This document shows, in pieces, positions 43,746-51,598 of a stretch of 64,000 nt of DNA (the first letter of the stretch is position 1; each line of letters begins with the position of its first letter). This DNA comes from Bdellovibrionales bacterium. GTDB lineage: Bacteria > Bdellovibrionota > Bdellovibrionia > Bdellovibrionales > CAYMLA01. Location of the stretch: the NCBI GenBank assembly GCA_965217115.1, contig OZ244239.1, forward strand, positions 1,248,001 to 1,312,000. The letters run 5' to 3'. The notes below the pieces were generated by a model. That model was not told where the DNA came from, searched no databases, and saw nothing but the letters and a program-made list of their open reading frames with translations. The position numbers and the translations under genes were made by a program.

Positions 43746-45353
43746 ATGAAAATCTTAAGCAAAGTGAAGAGAGTTTTAAAAAAGGCAAGTGTATTGATTT
43801 TGTCCATGTCTTTGTTTTTGGGATTGAGTTTCTCCCAAGCGGAGGAGATTGCCGGCAAATTAGGTAGTAATTTAGGTCTTAATCTAGGTATTAAGATTGA
43901 AGCCGTGCTCAATGAAGGAACTCAAGTTGAATTATCTCAAGAGCAGATATCAGAGATGCTTCCCTGGGCTAAGAACTCGAAGATTTTCCTAGAGGATCTT
44001 CTTGAGAATGTGGCAGGTTTACGTAAGGCAGAGCAATTACAGCAGTTGAAGGCAGTTATTCGAGATGTGGTTTTACAAAGCGCTCCTAAGAAGACTGAAC
44101 TTTTAATGCGTTATGTGTTGAACCGCTCAATGATGCTTGTTGATGTGATCTCCAATGAATCGGTTTCTGGTGATCGAGGAATTATGAACAATCAACTTCG
44201 GCTGCTTAAAAGAAGTGTTGAGATGGCTTTGGGTTATTATAAGAGTGACCTGTCCTACTTAAATGGTGAGGATGACAGTGCAGATCGTGTTTCTTTTGCG
44301 GTCTTTGGCTTGGAGTATTCTGTGTTTTTAGCAGATTTAGGAAACTCGATCTTAGATGCATCGGCTCAATATAAAGTTATAAGAATGAGATTAGGTTTTT
44401 TACAGAATAGTCTTTATAGGGATCAGAACAATAAGGTATTTGCTACATCGATTATATCGTTAAATAACGCCCTAAAGGCGAATCCTGAAGACGTAGAAGC
44501 CAGTGACCAGAATTACCTAGAGAGAATTCGTCAGTTAAAGAGGGTTTACAAAAAACAGAAAAATCATATCATGCAAGGGTTAAAAAGAGCAGGCGCGCAA
44601 GTGAGAAAAGAGAGATGGAAAGAGCGGGGTGTTTCTTCAAATGTGCTCCAAGCTCTTTTTGTAAAGGTAGACCCGGGTAGGTTTCAAATGGGAAGTTCCA
44701 TTCGTGAAAAAGGTCATTTTGAGGATGAGACCCAGCATGAAGAGATTTTAAAGAAAGGTTTTGAGATGCAAGCGACAGAGGTCACTCAGGAGCAATGGTT
44801 TCAAGTCATGGGTGATAGCCCCTCCTACTTTAATAAAAAAACATACTGTGAAGATTCTTTTAAGGACGTCGATAGAACTCCACGATGCCCTCAACATCCT
44901 GTGGAGAACATTTCTTGGAATCATGTTCAGGATTTTATAAAGGAGTTAAATAAATTAAGTTCTACTCATATTTATAGATTACCGACTGAGGCTGAATGGG
45001 AGTATGCGGCCCGTGCAGGGACGAAAACCCCTTTTAATTTAGGGGGAGATATCTCTCCAGAGAGAGTGAACTATAATGGTGACAAGCCTTATAAAGGTGT
45101 TAAAGGTCTTAATAGAAAACAGACAGTCGCGGTGGCGAGTCTTGATAATGCCAATAGCTGGGGCCTTTATGATATGCACGGAAACGTGTGGGAATGGGTG
45201 CAGGACTGGGGCAGCTATGAGTGGTACCGTGTTTTGCGTGGCGGTGGCTGGCCGAACCCCGCTTGGCGCGTGCGGTCGGCGGCGCGTACTAATCGGGAGA
45301 AAGGTTCGATTCACCGAGCTGTGGGCTTCCGTCTTGTGAGGACTGCCAAATAG
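43746..45353 (+). CDS. Secreted protein: conserved helical N-domain plus non-catalytic FGE/SUMF1 domain; DGR-target-like
   Basis: Same motifs as 40743-42398; start at ATG 43746 after GAGGA. Confidence 0.88.
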   Translation: MKILSKVKRVLKKASVLILSMSLFLGLSFSQAEEIAGKLGSNLGLNLGIKIEAVLNEGTQVELSQEQISEMLPWAKNSKIFLEDLLENVAGLRKAEQLQQLKAVIRDVVLQSAPKKTELLMRYVLNRSMMLVDVISNESVSGDRGIMNNQLRLLKRSVEMALGYYKSDLSYLNGEDDSADRVSFAVFGLEYSVFLADLGNSILDASAQYKVIRMRLGFLQNSLYRDQNNKVFATSIISLNNALKANPEDVEASDQNYLERIRQLKRVYKKQKNHIMQGLKRAGAQVRKERWKERGVSSNVLQALFVKVDPGRFQMGSSIREKGHFEDETQHEEILKKGFEMQATEVTQEQWFQVMGDSPSYFNKKTYCEDSFKDVDRTPRCPQHPVENISWNHVQDFIKELNKLSSTHIYRLPTEAEWEYAARAGTKTPFNLGGDISPERVNYNGDKPYKGVKGLNRKQTVAVASLDNANSWGLYDMHGNVWEWVQDWGSYEWYRVLRGGGWPNPAWRVRSAARTNREKGSIHRAVGFRLVRTAK

Positions 45354-45469
45354 TCATGAATTAAGAGGCTCTATTTAAATAATGCCTTAAAGATGAGACC
45401 TGAAAAAGCACAAATTAAAGATTAGGGACAAAGAGTGAGAATGTTTTTTAAGAAGAGACTGATCTTTGA

Positions 45470-48400
45470 TTATAAAAACAATTCAGGGAGTTTTTGGTAA
45501 ACAGATGACCAAGACATATTGTCCATTTGTACGGCGATTTTATGACTACCTACGAGAGTGACAGAGCCTTTTTTCTGTTTGGAAGTTTTTTTGACGAGAG
45601 CTAAAATAGTCTCAGATTTAATGGAGGTGTCTCGTCTAAAAGTAATGGAGAGATTTTTCTTTCCACTAGAGATGTCGGTGATATAAAGTTTTTTACAAAG
45701 ACTTCGTATAAGCATCAGGCCTATGAGGTTAATAACGGGTTCAGGTATTGAACCAAATCGATCCTTAAATTCGTCCTCTATGGTGTCAGCATCCTCTTCG
45801 CCTCGAATCTGTGTGAGTTTTTTGTAGTAGGCTAGACGAGTGCGAATATCTGGAATGTACTTATTAGGAATAAGGGCTGCAATGCGGAGATTTATTTCTG
45901 GTTCAAAACTGTTTTCTTCAAGTTCCTCTCCTTTTAATTTTTGGATTTCCTGTTTGAGAAGATCCATGTAGAGTTCATACCCAATGGAGGAGACCTGTCC
46001 TGATTGATCTTGTCCGAGAATATTTCCAGAGCCCCTTAGTTCAAGGTCGTATTGAGCGATGAGAAGACCGCTGCCAAAACGGGTGTTTTCTTGAATAATA
46101 CGTAATCTCTCTTGGGCCAGAGGCTCAATGGTCTTGTCTTTTGGTATAAGCAGATAACAATAAGCCTTTTGATGACTGCGACCAACTCTTCCACGCAATT
46201 GATAAAGTTGGCTTAAACCAAAGGTATGGGCGTTATCAATAAAAAGAGTGTTGGCTTGTGGAATATCAATGCCCGATTCAATAATTGTTGTGCAAACGAG
46301 AAGATCTACTTCGTGTTTAAAGAAACTCAAAATAGTTTTTTCCAAACCTTTTTCATCCATTTGCCCGTGACCGACAGCGATTTTTATTTCAGGTAAAAGC
46401 TCTCGTAGTTCGAGAGCAACCTGATTTATAGACTGTACGCGGTTGTGAAGAAAGAAAACCTGGCCATCACGAGCGACCTCAGCAAGAACTGCCTTGCGAA
46501 GAGTTTCTTTTTCAAATCGAGTGATAAAAGTTCTTATTGGCTGACGATTTAAGGGCGCCGTATTGATAAGGCTTAGGCTGCGCAGTCCAGAAAGGCTTAA
46601 GTTTAAGGTGCGTGGAATAGGGGTGGCCGACATAGCAAGAGTGTCGATGACGTTTTTGAGTTTACGAATTTTTTCTTTATGGGCGACACCAAACTTCTGT
46701 TCTTCGTCAACAACAAGTAAACCAAGATTTGCAAAGTGAATTTTCGAGCTAAAAACTTTGTGAGTTGTGATTAAAATATGAACATCACCACTGTTAATAG
46801 CATTAATTGTTTTATGAATATGTTTGTTAGACATAAAACGATTGAGGAGCTGTATGTTAAAAGGCCAATTTTTAAATCGTTTTTTAAAGGTTTCATAATG
46901 TTGAAAGGTAAGGACTGTCGTCGGAGCTAAAATGACAACCTGTTTGCCATCTTTAGCTACGCGAAATGCGGCTCGCATGGCGACCTCTGTTTTTCCAAAG
47001 CCGACGTCTCCACACAAAAGACGATCCATGGGTTGCTCTTTAGAGAGATCCTCTTGAATTTCACCGATGGCTTTTTGTTGGTCGACAGTTTCTAGATAGG
47101 GGAATTCTTTTTCGAAGAGCTCGTAATCCTGATTTAGCGCAGAAAAAGGGGGCCTTGTTATCTGGGCTCGTTTGGCATAAATACTTAGTAATTCTGAGGC
47201 GAGGTCCTTTAAGTGTTTCTGTGTTTTACTTTTTGTCTCCTGCCATTTTTGACCGCCCAGTTGATCTAATATAACAGACTTGTCGGGTCCTGAGTATTTT
47301 TGTAAAAGACCAACACGGTAGGTGGGAACATAAAGTTTATCCTGTTTTTTGTAGGTGAGTTCTATAAATTCATTTTCGACCCCTTCAATAGAGATCATTT
47401 TAAGACCATGGTAAAGACCAATACCGTGTTCAATATGGACAACGCTGTCCCCTATTTTGAGATCACCAAAACTAAGTAGGCTGGCGTTTTCTTGAAAACT
47501 TTGGTGGGCTTCTTTTTGTCTGTTGACGAGAGCCTTGCGTCCGAGGAGGTCTTTTTCTTGGATAAGCACAACTTTATCATCCATGTTGTGTAGAGTCTCA
47601 GAGATTTGCCCCTCAAGAATATGTATAAGAGGGACCTCCGATTGATTTTGCTCCTCAAACCATTGATTCCAGTGACGGTCTTTTTTTGGAACAAGTTTGT
47701 ATAAGAAGCCCATTTGTTTAAAAAGAGCTTGGACTCTTTCAAACTGGTTATGGTGACTGATACAGGCAAAAATAAAGCAACCCTGTTCCTGCCAGTGAAC
47801 TATTTTTTGGGAGAGTTTGTCCTGCCAAGGAGAGTTGTCATTTTCCCTGTGAATATTTCTTAATTCAGAGGGGTAACGGGAGCGAAGGGAGACGGAGTCT
47901 GGGTTCCCCTCGGTTTGGCTATCCTGAATACTCATGACCTGAACTGTTGTGACCAAAACAGTGTTGTGGTTTTTTATAAGAAGCTCTTCACTGTAGGGAC
48001 TGTAAAAAAAATGACTTGGATACTGCAAGGTTTCGATTGGAGCCTGAGCTTGCTCTATTTGAAGATCAGAGAAGAGAGTGTCGGCCTGGCGTGTGATTGA
48101 AAGGGGATCAAAAAGCCATAAACAGCGCTCGGGGTGGATAAAATCGAGGGGAGTTCCTGGTTTATTATAGGCAACGGGTAAGTAAAATTCAAAGCCAGGG
48201 AAAGTGCGCTCTTGGCTTAAATTTCGAACTTGGTGCTTAATCCAATCAGCACTGGCTTGGGGGTGTCTCCATTTATGAAATCGCTGGATGGTTTCCTCTA
48301 AGGAATCTCCGTCGTAGAGGACTTCTCGAGAAGCTATAATATCTATTGAATCGATTTTGTTTTGCGATCGTTGAGTATCAAGGTTAAAGAAGCGGATGGA

Positions 48401-49018
48401 ATCAATCTCATCACCAAAGAATTCAATTCGAACAGGAAGAGAATAAGAGGGAGTGTAAATATCTAGAATACCACCTCTAATTGAAAACTGCCCAATATCC
48501 TCAACGCTTGGAGAGTGAATGTAACCGAGTTTTTTAAGCTCTTGGGCAAAGCCGGGGATTTCATTGCCAACGGACCATTTGCTTTGGGTGCTCTTAAAAA
48601 GAGGCTGGGGAATTGTTTTTTGGAGAAAAGCATTGATGGGGGCGATGAGAATGTTTTTTGCTAAATTTTGTTCAGCTAAATAAAGCCAATGAAGGCGTTC
48701 GGCTGCTGTGCCAGGAGAGGAGCTGAGTCCAGAATAGGGAGACACATCCGTCGCTTTAAGGATGTTGCAGGAGATATCTGGGTCAAAAAAGAAAAGATCT
48801 TCTTTTAGGCGAAAGGCTTCTTTTTCTGATGAAACAAGAACGACGTGGGAAAGGCTTGATTGGAAGGATAAATCACTTAAGGAGGCGGCGAGTGTTGGAA
48901 TCGAGCTGTGTCCATGAATTTCAAGGGAATGTTTTTTATGGGAAGAATCAGAGTTGGGAGAGAGCAGTTTCTTGCTCAAAACCCCAGAAGATCGCCAAGA
49001 TAAAGATGAGTAAAGCAT
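45470..49018 (-). CDS. mfd: Transcription-repair coupling factor
   Basis: RGGILDIY, VVHIEHGIG, CGDVGFGKTEVA, DEEQKFG, SATPIPRTL, QLRGRVGRS, TRCF C-terminus. Confidence 0.97.
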   Translation of the reverse strand: MLYSSLSWRSSGVLSKKLLSPNSDSSHKKHSLEIHGHSSIPTLAASLSDLSFQSSLSHVVLVSSEKEAFRLKEDLFFFDPDISCNILKATDVSPYSGLSSSPGTAAERLHWLYLAEQNLAKNILIAPINAFLQKTIPQPLFKSTQSKWSVGNEIPGFAQELKKLGYIHSPSVEDIGQFSIRGGILDIYTPSYSLPVRIEFFGDEIDSIRFFNLDTQRSQNKIDSIDIIASREVLYDGDSLEETIQRFHKWRHPQASADWIKHQVRNLSQERTFPGFEFYLPVAYNKPGTPLDFIHPERCLWLFDPLSITRQADTLFSDLQIEQAQAPIETLQYPSHFFYSPYSEELLIKNHNTVLVTTVQVMSIQDSQTEGNPDSVSLRSRYPSELRNIHRENDNSPWQDKLSQKIVHWQEQGCFIFACISHHNQFERVQALFKQMGFLYKLVPKKDRHWNQWFEEQNQSEVPLIHILEGQISETLHNMDDKVVLIQEKDLLGRKALVNRQKEAHQSFQENASLLSFGDLKIGDSVVHIEHGIGLYHGLKMISIEGVENEFIELTYKKQDKLYVPTYRVGLLQKYSGPDKSVILDQLGGQKWQETKSKTQKHLKDLASELLSIYAKRAQITRPPFSALNQDYELFEKEFPYLETVDQQKAIGEIQEDLSKEQPMDRLLCGDVGFGKTEVAMRAAFRVAKDGKQVVILAPTTVLTFQHYETFKKRFKNWPFNIQLLNRFMSNKHIHKTINAINSGDVHILITTHKVFSSKIHFANLGLLVVDEEQKFGVAHKEKIRKLKNVIDTLAMSATPIPRTLNLSLSGLRSLSLINTAPLNRQPIRTFITRFEKETLRKAVLAEVARDGQVFFLHNRVQSINQVALELRELLPEIKIAVGHGQMDEKGLEKTILSFFKHEVDLLVCTTIIESGIDIPQANTLFIDNAHTFGLSQLYQLRGRVGRSHQKAYCYLLIPKDKTIEPLAQERLRIIQENTRFGSGLLIAQYDLELRGSGNILGQDQSGQVSSIGYELYMDLLKQEIQKLKGEELEENSFEPEINLRIAALIPNKYIPDIRTRLAYYKKLTQIRGEEDADTIEDEFKDRFGSIPEPVINLIGLMLIRSLCKKLYITDISSGKKNLSITFRRDTSIKSETILALVKKTSKQKKGSVTLVGSHKIAVQMDNMSWSSVYQKLPELFL

Positions 49019-49219
49019 GGCAGAGAGTCTATGGGGGATCGGTCAAGAGGTCATTAATACGACGCGGCAAAAAGTTTAAGGAAAATTTAAGTTCTGCATT
49101 ATGACATTGAATTTACTGATATTTCTTGGAATATCTAAGGGAGATTTGTATAAATAGACACAGTAAAATTTTGTCACTAAAGAGTAAGACACTTTGTGGT
49201 GTTCAGAGGGAGTATTCTT

Positions 49220-49588
49220 TTGCCAATAGAAGGTATTATTGTTTTTGCCACATTTATTGCTTTTTTTGGCTCAGCCTTGTTGTTCTTGGCTTCGCGTTTG
49301 GGTGAAAAAATCCCATACAGTTCAGTTAAGATGGAGTCCTATGAGTGTGGTTTGCCTGCAGAGGAAAAGAAGGACACTAAAATTTCTGTGAAGTTTTATC
49401 TGACAGCTATTTTGTTTATTCTCTTTGATATTGAAATTATTTTTATGTACCCATGGGGAGTTACGTTTAAAGAGTTTGTTGTTGAAGGGCATGGAGCTTA
49501 TATCTTTTATTCAATGCTTTTTTTCCTAGCGCTTTTTGTGTTTGGGTTATTCTGGGAAATTAAATCAAAAGCTTTGGAATGGGATTAA
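49220..49588 (+). CDS. nuoA: NADH-quinone oxidoreductase subunit A
   Basis: YECG, FYLTAILFILFDIE, ALEWD; TTG start after AGAGGGAG. Confidence 0.95.
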   Translation: MPIEGIIVFATFIAFFGSALLFLASRLGEKIPYSSVKMESYECGLPAEEKKDTKISVKFYLTAILFILFDIEIIFMYPWGVTFKEFVVEGHGAYIFYSMLFFLALFVFGLFWEIKSKALEWD

Positions 49589-49592
49589 GAAC

Positions 49593-50759
49593 ATGGGCGC
49601 AGATTTTGTTGAAATGACTATTAACTATTTAAAGCTTCTTGTTATTTTTTTAATGATGGTGCAGGGAGTTCCAATTCTTGTGTGGTTAGAGCGTCGTGGA
49701 TCGGCTTATATTCAAAACCGTTTTGGACCGAATCGAGTAGGTCCTTTGGGTTTAACTCAATTACTTGCTGATGCGGTTAAGTTTCTTTGGAAAGAGGAGT
49801 TTTTACCAAAGAGAGGTGTGGCTCTGCTTTATTATGGAGCACCTGTAATGGCTTTAATTCCTGGTGCATTGGCTTTTGCGGCAATCCCCCTTTCTGTCCC
49901 TATTGACGTGGCATCGTTTCAAATGTTTGGCCAATCTTGGGGACCATACACTTTTTTATTTCAAGGTTATGAAGTTGGAATAGGAGTGATTTTTATTTTT
50001 GCTGTATCGTCTTTAGCTGCCTACAGTGTTTTAATGGCAGGATATGGGTCAGCCAATAAGTACTCTATGCTTGGAGCTTTACGAGCAAGTGCGCAAATCA
50101 TTAGCTACGAGCTTGCTTTAAGTTTATCTGTTGTTGGTATCTTGCTTGTTTATCAAACTGTAAATTTGACGGAAATGATCCAAGCACAACAAGGTCCATT
50201 GAGTTTTATTTTTATGGGGCAAAAGTACGTTTTTTCTTTTTTGCCAAACTGGGGATTCTTTTATCAACCATTTGGAGCTATTTTATTTTTTGCGACAACA
50301 TTTGCTGAGGCGAACAGATTGCCATTTGATTTGGCAGAGTCAGAGGCTGAACTCGTTGCGGGATTTCATACAGAGTATGGTGGGTTTAAAATGTTATTAT
50401 TTTTTATTGGTGAGTACGGTCATATGATGGTGGCATCAGGATTACTGGCAACATTTTATTTTGGTGGTTATGGATTGCCAGTGTCTTCATGGACGCCTGA
50501 GGTTGTAAGCAGTTTTATAGGAAGTTTTGTTGAGGGAACAACGGCGGTGAGTTTATTGACGTCATTGCTTTTCTTTTTTTCATTCTTTGTTAAATTTGCA
50601 CTTTGTCTATGGTTTTTTATTTGGGTTCGTTGGACACTCCCTCGGTTTCGTTATGATCAGTTGATGGATTTGGGTTGGAAAACCATGCTACCTTGGGCGC
50701 TAGTGAACACTGTTCTTACGGCGGCAGTCATTGTTCTTTCTTATGGAGTGGACTTATGA
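49593..50759 (+). CDS. nuoH: NADH-quinone oxidoreductase subunit H
   Basis: LERR..Q.R.GPNRVG, AQIISYE, NRLPFDLAESEAELVAG, PRFRYDQLM. Confidence 0.96.
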   Translation: MGADFVEMTINYLKLLVIFLMMVQGVPILVWLERRGSAYIQNRFGPNRVGPLGLTQLLADAVKFLWKEEFLPKRGVALLYYGAPVMALIPGALAFAAIPLSVPIDVASFQMFGQSWGPYTFLFQGYEVGIGVIFIFAVSSLAAYSVLMAGYGSANKYSMLGALRASAQIISYELALSLSVVGILLVYQTVNLTEMIQAQQGPLSFIFMGQKYVFSFLPNWGFFYQPFGAILFFATTFAEANRLPFDLAESEAELVAGFHTEYGGFKMLLFFIGEYGHMMVASGLLATFYFGGYGLPVSSWTPEVVSSFIGSFVEGTTAVSLLTSLLFFFSFFVKFALCLWFFIWVRWTLPRFRYDQLMDLGWKTMLPWALVNTVLTAAVIVLSYGVDL

Positions 50760-51280
50760 GTTTAGAAGCGGGGACGTTTTGGGTTTTATCAGTTTGGACG
50801 GTTGTAGGAGCGTTGGGCATTCTTTTTCAAAGAAACCCCTTATATTCGGCGTTTTCTCTTGTTTTAACAATGATAGGAATAGGGTCTTTGTTTGTGACTC
50901 TAGAGGCATTTTTCTTAGCTGGAGTTCAGGTTGTGGTTTATGCAGGGGCTGTAATGGTTTTGTTCATTATGGTATTAATGATTTTTGATTTAAAAAAAGA
51001 AGTACAAACTTTTTCGAAGGGCTTTTTAACAGGGGTTTTAAAATTAGCGGCGGCGGCGGTTATTTGTGGTTTAATTGTTGGTTCCATTATGATGTCGACA
51101 GAAATAATGTTGCAGGGGAGTGCTCGTCCAGAGATAGAGACAACAATGAGGGACCTGTTTAAACTAATTTTCACACAATATCTTTTTGCTTTTGAGGCCG
51201 TGGGAGTATTGCTTTTGTTTATAGCGATTGGTGCAGTGGCATTGTCTCGTTCAAAAGGAGGAACACATGCCAAGTCTTGA
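50756..51280 (+). CDS. nuoJ: NADH-quinone oxidoreductase subunit J
   Basis: [20 protein letters not shown]. Confidence 0.93.
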   Translation: MSLEAGTFWVLSVWTVVGALGILFQRNPLYSAFSLVLTMIGIGSLFVTLEAFFLAGVQVVVYAGAVMVLFIMVLMIFDLKKEVQTFSKGFLTGVLKLAAAAVICGLIVGSIMMSTEIMLQGSARPEIETTMRDLFKLIFTQYLFAFEAVGVLLLFIAIGAVALSRSKGGTHAKS

Positions 51281-51593
51281 AGTTTTTACTGAGGTGGGTT
51301 TGAGCCACTACCTCTGCCTATCGGCATTGCTTTTTACGATGGGCCTACTTGGCGTCTTGTTACGAAAAAATATTCTGATTATTTTAATGTCCATTGAATT
51401 AATGTTAAACGCAGTGAACTTGTCTTTTGTGGCTTTTAGCCGCTATGGAGATAATATTGAGGGGCAAATAGTCGTCTTCTTTGTCATGACTATTGCGGCG
51501 GCGGAGGCCGCGGTGGGCTTAGCGATAGTGGTGTCTATCTTTAAGCGTTTTGGAGAAGTTAATATTCGTTTTTTTGAAAAACTAAAAGGATAG
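51267..51593 (+). CDS. nuoK: NADH-quinone oxidoreductase subunit K
   Basis: [21 protein letters not shown]. Confidence 0.95.
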   Translation: MPSLEVFTEVGLSHYLCLSALLFTMGLLGVLLRKNILIILMSIELMLNAVNLSFVAFSRYGDNIEGQIVVFFVMTIAAAEAAVGLAIVVSIFKRFGEVNIRFFEKLKG

Positions 51594-51598
51594 TTTTT

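Larger units (their letters stand above)
40661..45380 (+). repeat. Tandem triplication of gene units; ~25-nt boundary repeat at 40686, 42401, 43687 and 45356
   Basis: ATGAATTAA(TA)GAGGCTCYATTKAART at each unit edge; near-identical 5' regions of the three genes; unit 40661-42425 repeated as 43662-45380. Confidence 0.9.

Noticed and set aside
41640..45353. FGE domains as true formylglycine-generating enzymes
   Set aside because: The catalytic Cys pair after RGGS is absent and no sulfatase is nearby; better read as a binding fold
40686..45380. Boundary repeats as a CRISPR array or integron attC sites
   Set aside because: Spacing is 1.3-1.7 kb of paralogous genes; no cas or integrase gene; no RYYYAAC...GTTRRRY palindromic structure conserved across copies
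34057..45470. A complete DGR cassette (RT, TR, avd) or a prophage/IS in the accessory block
   Set aside because: No ORF with RT, integrase, transposase or phage structural motifs, and no third copy of the variable-region scaffold seen in intergenic DNA on either strand
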